A DNA stretch of 20,000 nucleotides from an uncultured virus (IMG/VR IMGVR_UViG_3300043105_000228) (lineage: Duplodnaviria; Heunggongvirae; Uroviricota; Caudoviricetes), in the IMG/VR virus record IMGVR_UViG_3300043105_000228; one strand, 5' to 3'. Positions 1 to 7,205 of this stretch are shown piece after piece. A program made the translations under genes and the position numbers. The notes under the pieces were generated by a model. It was given only the letters and a program-made list of their open reading frames with translations, ran no database searches and was not told where the DNA came from. How positions within the stretch are numbered: the stretch's first letter is position 1; each line of letters opens with the position of its first letter.

Positions 1-153
1 CTTATTTAACATATGGTGAGGGCAAATACTTCTCAAAGCTTTTGTCTCTTTCTTGGAATTCCCTTTCAGTCTTCCCTTCTTGTCAACATGCTGTGTGACA
101 ACCTTTACGGTATCAACACCAGTTAAATCGTAGATATCTCTCTTCTGTCCCAT
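1..153 (-). CDS. Hypothetical protein, 5' part only (runs off the window edge); MGQKRDIYDLTGVDTVKVVTQHVDKKGRLKGNSKKETKALRSICPHHMLNK...
   Basis: ATG at 153-151 with AGGAGG RBS at 167-162; frame open to position 1; translated by hand, not in the ORF track. Confidence 0.8.
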   Translation of the reverse strand, partial: MGQKRDIYDLTGVDTVKVVTQHVDKKGRLKGNSKKETKALRSICPHHMLNK

Positions 154-240
154 TTTAATTCCTCCTATTTATTTTATTTTCAATTAAACGTGGGTACGTC
201 TTTTATGTGTCAGTTAAATTATATATAACTAATCACAACA

Positions 241-1398
241 TTAAAATTTGTTGGTTATAAATGGAAATACTTTTCCTTCTTTAGTAATTCTATTGACATA
301 TCTGATATGTGCACTCTTCCTGAACTCTAATGGAAGCAATGCACTATCATGCATCAATATTGTAAGTGCACGCACTGGTACACCAAATCGCCATACAAAA
401 GTATCCTGCCAGAAATCTGTAAGTCTGCTTGTATATTCGCCAGCCATATAATTCTGAGCTGCAGGAATCTTTACTATGTTGATATCATGTCTAGGCATGT
501 TCATCGGAACATCACCATTTACAAAATCCCACTTGCCGTCCTTATCAACTACCTCGTAAGTATTGATATTTGCACCATATCCTTTTAGATGTGGATAATT
601 CTCAAGAGCTGCTTTTACCATCTCTTTTGCATTGTCTAAATCCTTTGTGCAAAGGACGATATTAGAAGGAGCAAATCCTGACTTCTTTGGCATTACTGGA
701 TAAATCACATTGCCATGCTCCATCTTCTTAAATGTAGCAGTAGACTTTGGAGAATTGATTCCTGATGTTATTGATAATTCTGACTTAGATGCAGGAATCT
801 CAATTCTTATATACTGCTTACTGCTAAGCTCAATACCCTCAATTGTAATATATGAAGTTGATGAATACAGGGCTGCTACAAATCCGTTTATTCCGCCGCG
901 ATACCAACTATCAATAACTGTAGTTGCACCATATACCTTTAATGGAATAAATACTCGTGGATTAAAGTCCACAAAAATAATACTCTGTATACCCTGTACA
1001 TCATATGGTGTTGTTGATCCAAGTACTAGTCTATTTGTATCAGCTATTATCATACCAGCATTGCTCTGATCAGTAATAACTTCAAACTCTCTAGCACCAT
1101 CTATTGTGATATCTGCAGACAATCTTGATACTCCAAGGTTATCCGAAATCTCATTGCTGATATAGCTGTTATCCTCGCATTTTGCTACGTGTATCTTTTC
1201 TGGCATTGCCTGTTGCTCGCCTTCTAGATTAAATCGTAAATATCTACCATTCTTTGTAGAATACCTACCTTTTCCAAGTGATGTAAATATCTCACTTTCA
1301 TCGATGTTTCCGCCTAGCTGTGAATCCTGTAAATCATCTTTTGTACCTATAAAGACAAAATCAACGTATAGGCGTCCTGTTTCACTCGTTTTTTCCAT
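241..1398 (-). CDS. Hypothetical phage protein (385 aa)
   Basis: Long ORF with GAAAGGAG RBS upstream; no recognisable motif. Confidence 0.85.
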   Translation of the reverse strand: MEKTSETGRLYVDFVFIGTKDDLQDSQLGGNIDESEIFTSLGKGRYSTKNGRYLRFNLEGEQQAMPEKIHVAKCEDNSYISNEISDNLGVSRLSADITIDGAREFEVITDQSNAGMIIADTNRLVLGSTTPYDVQGIQSIIFVDFNPRVFIPLKVYGATTVIDSWYRGGINGFVAALYSSTSYITIEGIELSSKQYIRIEIPASKSELSITSGINSPKSTATFKKMEHGNVIYPVMPKKSGFAPSNIVLCTKDLDNAKEMVKAALENYPHLKGYGANINTYEVVDKDGKWDFVNGDVPMNMPRHDINIVKIPAAQNYMAGEYTSRLTDFWQDTFVWRFGVPVRALTILMHDSALLPLEFRKSAHIRYVNRITKEGKVFPFITNKF

Positions 1399-1424
1399 TT
1401 TAAAAATTCTCCTTTCAGTTAAGT

Positions 1425-1466
1425 AATGGGCTGAGTTATAATACTTTCTCAGCCCATTTTATTTTC
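1425..1466 (+). terminator. Hairpin AATGGGCTGAG/CTCAGCCCATT with a T-tract on the + strand
   Basis: 11-bp perfect inverted repeat at 1425-1435 and 1448-1458, followed by TTATTTTT. Confidence 0.55.
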
Positions 1467-1476
1467 TATAGCCATA

Positions 1477-2454
1477 TTAGAGATATTTCTTATTCTCATC
1501 ATTAGCCTGAATGAGCTCGTTTACACACCTAACAATCTTAGGGTAATCACTCTCAGGAAGTGATGACAAGTAATATCTTCTGTTGCTATCTTTACCCTGT
1601 CCATCATCGCGTCTTCTTACACGGATATAGTTCTCCAGAATCTCACGGATCTCAGATTTACTCATATTCTCCATTGTTAAGAATACCCATGATGTGATGT
1701 CGTTAAACAACTTCTTCTGAAGTTCGTTAAACGACTTGTAGCGGTCTTTTCTTTCCTGCAATGCATATCCAATGACATACTTATAGTCTCCCTCATCAAA
1801 AAGGAATTCTATTGTCGTATCGAATGGAACTGCAAGCTCTGCACCATAGTGATAAAGTACATCAAATACTCCTCTCACTCTGCTATAGCCGCCATACTTA
1901 GCCGAATCCTTTGTAGGCATATTGGCTAATAAATCGAACGCAACGTTCTCTGGGATATTGCGTTTCTTTGCCTTCTTCATTCTCTTCTTAAGAATTACAT
2001 TGGCAAGCTCGTACAACTCTGTTGGCTCTTCGTACTGATTCTCTTCTTCAGTAGCATGCTCTGCATTGTACTTCTGAATATCTGAGATAATCTCGAATAA
2101 TATAATCGGGAAATACTCAATATTCTCTATTTCTTCAACCCCGAACTTATCAATGAATTTTGTTAAATACTTGATGAAATCAGGACCGAGTTCACCTGCG
2201 AATTTATCATAGCAGGCATTCTTTGTATCAGCTATCTGCTGAACGTTGGTTTTGTGACCATTCTTTAATAACCAGTCAATCGTAACTGGAAGTATTGCAA
2301 TCAGACTATCGAAGTAATCCTTCTTCAATGCCTTCTTACTGTCAAAGTAGTCACCGTACTCTTTTTTGTGCTTCTTTAATGAGGCACTGGCAAATTCCTT
2401 TACTTCTGATGGAATATTGCCACCATTGTTGTTACCGTTGTGTCTTCTTGACAT
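1477..2454 (-). CDS. Hypothetical phage protein (325 aa, predicted helical) immediately downstream of the tubulin gene
   Basis: Long ORF with AGGAGG RBS; no recognisable motif. Confidence 0.85.
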   Translation of the reverse strand: MSRRHNGNNNGGNIPSEVKEFASASLKKHKKEYGDYFDSKKALKKDYFDSLIAILPVTIDWLLKNGHKTNVQQIADTKNACYDKFAGELGPDFIKYLTKFIDKFGVEEIENIEYFPIILFEIISDIQKYNAEHATEEENQYEEPTELYELANVILKKRMKKAKKRNIPENVAFDLLANMPTKDSAKYGGYSRVRGVFDVLYHYGAELAVPFDTTIEFLFDEGDYKYVIGYALQERKDRYKSFNELQKKLFNDITSWVFLTMENMSKSEIREILENYIRVRRRDDGQGKDSNRRYYLSSLPESDYPKIVRCVNELIQANDENKKYL

Positions 2455-2503
2455 CTTTAATTCCTCCTATTTTTTATTTATGCCTGTAAATATTGCATCA
2501 TTA

Positions 2504-2550
2504 ACAGAACAAAGCATTTTACCTTTGTCCAAGATAATGCCTTGTTCTGC
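2504..2550 (-). other. Long RNA hairpin downstream of the tubulin gene
   Basis: Minus strand reads GCAGAACAAGGCA-TTATCTT-GGACA-AAGGTAA-AA-TGCTTTGTTCTGT; about 20 bp of stem, the three non-Watson-Crick pairs are G:U on this strand, plus a 2-nt bulge. Confidence 0.6.
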
Positions 2551-2563
2551 TACTTTTAAATAT

Positions 2564-3715
2564 TTACTTGAATTCGTCGAAGATAGCACGAAGATTAACT
2601 TCACCTGATGCATTTGCCTCTGATGGTGCTTTTCTTGATGAATTCATTCTCTCTAATTCATCTTTTGTTACTGCAACTTCAGATGCCTCTGTTGCATTCT
2701 TCTTAGCTTCTACTTCGTCTACTCTGTCACGAATCTTGTCAACCCTGTCACTTATCTTTGAAAGACCTGTGAGAATAAGGATGACATTATTCTGAAGTGT
2801 CTTCTCAGCATTAACTGCTGTATGAAGGAACTCCTCTGATGGCTCACCGATGAATGCTCTTACCTTATTAATCTGAGAATCAAATTTCTCATTTAACTTA
2901 GCTGAGAGATTTGTGATGAGACCTGTCTGATATACAACCCCATCACGCTGCAACTCGGCATGTGCTGAAGACTTAATCTTGTCGATAAGTAAATCTTCAA
3001 TATCTACCTCGTCAACGTCCTTCTCTTTAATATCGAGAAGTGGTGCAATAAACAACCTACCGGGTGTTGAGAGCAGCGTCTTCATATCCTTCTCGTCAAT
3101 AGAATCATATGGAGTAGGATTGTTGTACCAGCACTGGATAACTCTGATGCATTCAACTATCTCATCATTAACTGTCTCGAGAATCTTGTAAGCTGTCATC
3201 TTTGCAAAGTTGTTATTGTCAAAGATCATGTATGTTGGATCTTCCAAAACATCATACAGCTCATGAATGTAACCGAGAGTATTTACCTGTGTTGTATATC
3301 CCTCTGTGAGCTTAGGCATAACACCTGTTAAGATAACATTGAGCTCCATACCGTCTGGAGTGCTAAATGACTTCTTGACGATCTTGCTCATAAGTGGTGC
3401 GATTCCTGAACCAGAACCTCCACCCATTGATGAAACGATAACGATTACTTCTTTATTAGACATGAACTCTGCAAACTCATTATCTCTCATTAAATCCATT
3501 ATAGATGCCTCGAGGAATTTCTTTGCGGTTTCTCTATTCTTACCGCTACCTTCTGTGTCACCTACACATTTCTTTGGAATATCTGATGGGAGTGTAGACA
3601 AATCTGTCTCAGATGTATTAATAGCAAATACATCACAACCTGTCAACTTTTCATGGCATAAACTTGCCACCTGATTTCCACAATTTCCTATTCCGATTAC
3701 TCCTACATTTAACAT
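2564..3715 (-). CDS. phuZ: Phage tubulin/FtsZ-family GTPase (PhuZ/TubZ-like)
   Basis: N-terminal VGVIGIGNCGNQ, tubulin signature GGGSGSG, INT and GSGKNR motifs, T7-loop-like IDEKD, C-terminal coiled coil and short hydrophobic tail; AAGGAGG RBS; no dcw-cluster neighbours. Confidence 0.9.
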   Translation of the reverse strand: MLNVGVIGIGNCGNQVASLCHEKLTGCDVFAINTSETDLSTLPSDIPKKCVGDTEGSGKNRETAKKFLEASIMDLMRDNEFAEFMSNKEVIVIVSSMGGGSGSGIAPLMSKIVKKSFSTPDGMELNVILTGVMPKLTEGYTTQVNTLGYIHELYDVLEDPTYMIFDNNNFAKMTAYKILETVNDEIVECIRVIQCWYNNPTPYDSIDEKDMKTLLSTPGRLFIAPLLDIKEKDVDEVDIEDLLIDKIKSSAHAELQRDGVVYQTGLITNLSAKLNEKFDSQINKVRAFIGEPSEEFLHTAVNAEKTLQNNVILILTGLSKISDRVDKIRDRVDEVEAKKNATEASEVAVTKDELERMNSSRKAPSEANASGEVNLRAIFDEFK

Positions 3716-3748
3716 GAAATGTACCTCCTTGTATATAAATAATTTTGT

Positions 3749-3808
3749 TGGTTTAACCGTATTGATATTATATAACCTACTTGGCTTTTTATCTGATGGT
3801 TAAACCAT
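3749..3808. promoter_or_regulatory. Pair of palindromic GGTTWAACC boxes flanking the putative tubulin promoter
   Basis: TGGTTTAACC at 3749-3758 and ATGGTTAAACCAT at 3796-3808 are mutual inverted repeats; TATATAAT lies between them on the minus strand. Confidence 0.4.
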
Positions 3809-3817
3809 AAATGCAAA

Positions 3818-3922
3818 TTAAAAGGCAAGGGTAAAAGATGTAAATCTCTTGCCCTTGCAGATACGGAATTTAAACAGAGAGGTGATAACCACAAACGACC
3901 AGAAACATTTGAGGTTTCCACT
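3818..3922 (-). ncRNA. Candidate phage small RNA 1 (about 105 nt) with an anti-SD-like tract
   Basis: AACA-N6-TA promoter at 3933-3922 just after an upstream terminator; 5' hairpin; ATCACCTC tract; ends in 15-bp hairpin 3858-3825 followed by CTTTT; no RBS-led ORF. Confidence 0.5.
3825..3858 (-). terminator. Intrinsic terminator-like hairpin
   Basis: GCAAGGGCAAGAGAT-TTAC-ATCTTTTACCCTTGC followed by CTTTTAATTT on the minus strand. Confidence 0.65.
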
Positions 3923-3933
3923 ATAAAAATGTT
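3922..3933 (-). promoter_or_regulatory. Putative phage late promoter AACA-ttttta-TA
   Basis: Exact match to the AR9-type AACA-N6-TA motif in intergenic DNA. Confidence 0.5.
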
Positions 3934-3944
3934 GGGTTGAAAGA

Positions 3945-3974
3945 GCAGAGATTAGAATAAATTCTAATCTCTGC
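3945..3974 (-). terminator. Intrinsic terminator after the 156-aa gene
   Basis: 14-bp perfect inverted repeat GCAGAGATTAGAAT/ATTCTAATCTCTGC, then TCTTT on the minus strand. Confidence 0.7.
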
Positions 3975-3998
3975 ATAAATCTCCCGTTAACGAAATCT

Positions 3999-4469
3999 CT
4001 ATTTAATACAAATTATCGCTGTTTTAGCGTCATAAAGTTTCTTAGCAAAAGTATATATTGGTGTAGCTTCAGCTGATGGTATATCAAAAGCCTCTGGAGT
4101 TTTTCCAGAATAGCATCTAAAGCTTTGTCCATTATAAGTCTTTTCCTTAATCATAATATACTTTGAATTCGTTACCTGATAAACCTGAATAGCAATTCCT
4201 TCAATGTATTCTAGGTTATTCTGCAAATTCACAGAATCCATATAATTCCTAAAAATGCATACGGTATAATTATCATACTTCCGTTTTGTAGTATGAAGCT
4301 GATAGCATACCACAGTATATTCACCTTTTTCAATATGGTGCTTTTGTATTTTATCGAGTAGTTTTTTCGTTTCAGATACACTAGTATTTGCACGCTCTTT
4401 ATCATCTAATGATAGATAATAAACGAACGCATATCTACTAACTTCCGTCATTAATTCCTGATAGGTCAT
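3999..4469 (-). CDS. Hypothetical protein (156 aa)
   Basis: ORF with GAGGTG RBS; followed by a terminator. Confidence 0.8.
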   Translation of the reverse strand: MTYQELMTEVSRYAFVYYLSLDDKERANTSVSETKKLLDKIQKHHIEKGEYTVVCYQLHTTKRKYDNYTVCIFRNYMDSVNLQNNLEYIEGIAIQVYQVTNSKYIMIKEKTYNGQSFRCYSGKTPEAFDIPSAEATPIYTFAKKLYDAKTAIICIK

Positions 4470-4491
4470 GGGAATTTCACCTCTGCTTTCT

Positions 4492-4938
4492 CTAAAAATG
4501 CGTAATTACTGAGCTCTGGATGATTTCGTTGGAATCTAGCATTTCTCTAATCTTTGGTTCATCACACCAGCATCCATTTAAATCAAAATAGTACTCTATG
4601 CGATAATTAAGTCTAGATATTAATATACTTTCATTAAACCTCTTATAGAAAAGTCTAAAATACCAACCATTTCCAATTGTAAATACTTCCAAAGCAACCA
4701 GTTCTTTTTGCCATTTTGGTATATCAATCATTGCTTTTTCTATCGTCTTGTATATATGGATAAAACACCCAACGGGTTTATACTTATCTAGTCGTATATC
4801 TTTCTCATATTTCGTTAGTATGACCATTGTAAATTCTGATTTTTTGCATTTTAAGCATTCTTCATAAACTTCTCTTAATGTAATTATAGGATCATTATGA
4901 ATAGATTCACTATTGATACGATATACCATAACTTTCAA
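4492..4938 (-). CDS. Hypothetical protein (about 145-148 aa; ATG at 4929 is the likelier start)
   Basis: ORF; GGGGTGA RBS at 4945-4939 is better spaced for ATG 4929 than for TTG 4938. Confidence 0.75.
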   Translation of the reverse strand: MKVMVYRINSESIHNDPIITLREVYEECLKCKKSEFTMVILTKYEKDIRLDKYKPVGCFIHIYKTIEKAMIDIPKWQKELVALEVFTIGNGWYFRLFYKRFNESILISRLNYRIEYYFDLNGCWCDEPKIREMLDSNEIIQSSVITHF

Positions 4939-4957
4939 TCACCCCGTATTTGATTTT

Positions 4958-4991
4958 AAAAAAGATGGATAAGCAAAAACGCTTATCCATC
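4958..4991 (-). terminator. Intrinsic terminator after the HU-like gene
   Basis: 11-bp perfect inverted repeat GATGGATAAGC/GCTTATCCATC plus TTTTTT on the minus strand. Confidence 0.8.
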
Positions 4992-5004
4992 ACCATTGAC
5001 TTTA

Positions 5005-5547
5005 TTAGCCTTTCTTCTTCCTTGTCTTCAGATAATCTGGAGCTGGAGATGAAGCTGTAAGCACCTTGTAAGGCTTGGTTGTTGTCTCCCATACACCCAT
5101 ATCTTCACCTGTCTTAGGATTTCTAACATGAGACTCCTTAACAGTCTTATCTTTCTGAGCAAGTGCAATGCTGCCACGGAAGTCCTCTTTAGGTAAGAAC
5201 TCGAATCTGTTGTGAGCATCAATATACTCATAGATAGATGTAGCAATGAGCTCATAAAGTCCATCAACGTTATCAATCTCAAATGATGGATCCATAACTG
5301 CCTGTGCATCTGCCTTATCTACGCCTGCTTTCTCAAGCTGCTTCTTCAAGAACTTACGGAACTCCTTAGCTATGAATACGTCCTTTACCTCAACGAGTTC
5401 CTTATTCTTTGTAACTGCAACCTTTGTAGCAAACTCTGTATCGTTTACCAATGCTGATAAAAGCTCGTTAAAATTTTTCTTGCTAAATCTAGCTGTTCCT
5501 TTTTCTGGTGTAATAGCCTCAAGTGTTTCTTTTACTGATTTTGACAT
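5005..5547 (-). CDS. HU/IHF-like DNA-binding protein, enlarged (180 aa)
   Basis: RNPKTGE arm-tip motif typical of HU/IHF, preceded by helical and beta segments; basic C-terminus; AGGAGG RBS. Confidence 0.7.
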   Translation of the reverse strand: MSKSVKETLEAITPEKGTARFSKKNFNELLSALVNDTEFATKVAVTKNKELVEVKDVFIAKEFRKFLKKQLEKAGVDKADAQAVMDPSFEIDNVDGLYELIATSIYEYIDAHNRFEFLPKEDFRGSIALAQKDKTVKESHVRNPKTGEDMGVWETTTKPYKVLTASSPAPDYLKTRKKKG

Positions 5548-5657
5548 TTGAAAGTCCTCCTATTCTTTTTTCGGTTTTTCTTTGCATCTCGTTTTGCCAC
5601 CTTTTCAAAGAAAAGTGCGAGATCAAAGTTTTCAGGGTTATACTTTACTTTCGCCAT
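5532..5657 (-). CDS. Small basic protein (41 aa, MAKVKYNPENF...)
   Basis: ATG 5657 with AAGGAGTG RBS inside the 67-aa track ORF; overlaps the start of the HU-like gene. Confidence 0.55.
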   Translation of the reverse strand: MAKVKYNPENFDLALFFEKVAKRDAKKNRKKNRRTFKCQNQ

Positions 5658-5704
5658 AAGTATCACTCCTTTACTTATTAAGGGGTTCCTCTTGTAATTT
5701 ATTA

Positions 5705-6148
5705 CTAATAGAAAAACCCCGATGAGTAACGCCACTCATTAATATTATTTCTTATCTCTTCTAAAATTTCAATAGAAGGAATAGAAACGTCTGCGTCATA
5801 TGCAGAATACAGCATTGCTAATGCTCCATGCAAATATGACTTCTCTTTTTTCGTTACACTTGACTTCATCAGCAGATGTTCTACCTCATTTATCATTCCA
5901 GATATTTCATTATTAGCATATCCATATGAATAAGCTAGTTCATATCTCTCTGGAACATAGATATTTCCTGCTTGTACCAACATATTCTCTTTATCTTTTG
6001 TAAACTGGTTTTCTTTATCAGTCTTTAAGATAAGTCCTGTTGATAATTGATTCGACGCCAAATATAACTCCATGAATCTCTCCACGATTTTCTTTTTGTG
6101 GTGAAATGCCACCATCTTGTTATCGATGATGGCGATGTAATACTTCAT
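5705..6148 (-). CDS. Hypothetical protein (147 aa); N-terminus resembles the paralog family at 15772-18196
   Basis: ORF; MVAFHHKKKIVERF resembles LYAYTNKKKYAKRF; AGGTG RBS. Confidence 0.8.
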   Translation of the reverse strand: MKYYIAIIDNKMVAFHHKKKIVERFMELYLASNQLSTGLILKTDKENQFTKDKENMLVQAGNIYVPERYELAYSYGYANNEISGMINEVEHLLMKSSVTKKEKSYLHGALAMLYSAYDADVSIPSIEILEEIRNNINEWRYSSGFFY

Positions 6149-6157
6149 AAAATGTCA

Positions 6158-6595
6158 TCACCTACCTACTGTTGATACGTTATGAGCTAACCCATAAACT
6201 GTATTCATCTTCTGCAAAGTAGCAGGCTTGATTTGATATTTTATGCTGTCTATTGATAATATTGCTACTATCAATGACATTACTAGTTTGGCTATTATTG
6301 CACATATTGGCAATAAATCATCCAAAGCATCAATTACTCTGTCAAAGAAATTAGTACCCTCCATTTCATAAATCAATCTACGTCTAATTTCCTTTTCAGA
6401 TTCTGCTGTTGAATAGAATCCGCCTCCTTTCTTTAAATTTCGTTTTGCCTTCTTTTTAGCTTTCCGTTCTTCCCGCTTGAGGTCTGCCTGCATAAATTGG
6501 ATTTCCTCAATTATGCTGAGATATTTTCTATCAAGGCTCTCATCTATCTCAGCGAGAAATTCTTCGGGATGAGCCTTTTTCTTTTTCTTGCTCAC
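6158..6595 (-). CDS. Hypothetical membrane-associated coiled-coil protein (145 aa)
   Basis: GTG start with AGGAGGGAG RBS; hydrophobic segment LLPICAIIAKLVMSLIVAILSI. Confidence 0.8.
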   Translation of the reverse strand: MSKKKKKAHPEEFLAEIDESLDRKYLSIIEEIQFMQADLKREERKAKKKAKRNLKKGGGFYSTAESEKEIRRRLIYEMEGTNFFDRVIDALDDLLPICAIIAKLVMSLIVAILSIDSIKYQIKPATLQKMNTVYGLAHNVSTVGR

Positions 6596-6631
6596 TTCTT
6601 TTTCTCCCTCCTTTCGAATTTCTACAAAGTG

Positions 6632-6640
6632 ATAATATAT
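6632..6640 (-). promoter_or_regulatory. Putative phage early promoter ATATATTAT
   Basis: Recurrent motif upstream of minus-strand transcription units (also 12916-12924 and 14649-14657). Confidence 0.5.
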
Positions 6641-6677
6641 TAATAAAGTAAATATTGCCTTATGAAATACAGGGTTT

Positions 6678-6716
6678 AAAAAGAGTACAGATGAAAATAC
6701 ATCTGTACTCTTATTT
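6678..6716. terminator. Intrinsic terminator, possibly bidirectional
   Basis: 13-bp perfect inverted repeat AAGAGTACAGATG/CATCTGTACTCTT with A/T tracts on both sides, directly after the stop at 6717. Confidence 0.8.
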
Positions 6717-7205
6717 TTATCCTTGATTTGCTACATTACGTTCTGCAATTTCTCTATTCAATTGCTTTACCATAGCGATAAGCTCTGTAGTAGCTGTATT
6801 CACAATATACTTCTCAATGTATTCTGAATTTACAATCATATTGCTTGGATTAGCAAATAATTCAGCTTTAAGAGAATTATGTATTGTGGTCGATATCTCT
6901 ACGATATCTTTATCGAGTTTTCTTAAAATTTCATATGGTTGATTTAGTGATAGGTGTGTTGACCTTATCTGAAGTATCTCAACCTTTATCATGCTGTCAA
7001 TTATCAGAAGTAAATTGGTTGTATCAACAATTTTCTCATTGAGTGAACCATTCTTAACAGCATCAGTATGAGCATTGATATTTTTGGTCTTAGCACGAAT
7101 AAAATCTAGTAACGTGTTAAGTACCATAAGCAAATAAATAATTGCTACGAAAACACCAACGACTATTCCTATGATTTTTAGGACATAGAGTACATTAGCT
7201 ACCAA
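6717..7205 (-). CDS. Hypothetical protein with N-terminal transmembrane helix (162 aa)
   Basis: Hydrophobic IIGIVVGVFVAIIYLLMVL; overlaps the tmk stop. Confidence 0.8.
   Translation of the reverse strand: MVANVLYVLKIIGIVVGVFVAIIYLLMVLNTLLDFIRAKTKNINAHTDAVKNGSLNEKIVDTTNLLLIIDSMIKVEILQIRSTHLSLNQPYEILRKLDKDIVEISTTIHNSLKAELFANPSNMIVNSEYIEKYIVNTATTELIAMVKQLNREIAERNVANQG

Noticed and set aside
248..3674. Plus-strand track ORFs 248-451, 349-588, 710-1069, 2295-2489, 2366-2608, 2568-2795, 2979-3191 and 3306-3674
   Set aside because: Antisense shadows of long minus-strand genes, without RBSs and with Ser/Leu/Phe-rich composition
2564..3715. Cellular ftsZ
   Set aside because: Divergent signature motifs, no ftsA/dcw context, and phage-type neighbours
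3709..3921. 70-aa minus-strand ORF upstream of the tubulin gene
   Set aside because: No RBS and it runs through a terminator hairpin. Its GTG lies right at the predicted TSS, so leaderless translation cannot be fully excluded, but an ncRNA explains the region better
4910..5309. Track ORFs 4910-5092 and 5028-5309
   Set aside because: Alternative frames overlapping the HU-like gene and its terminator
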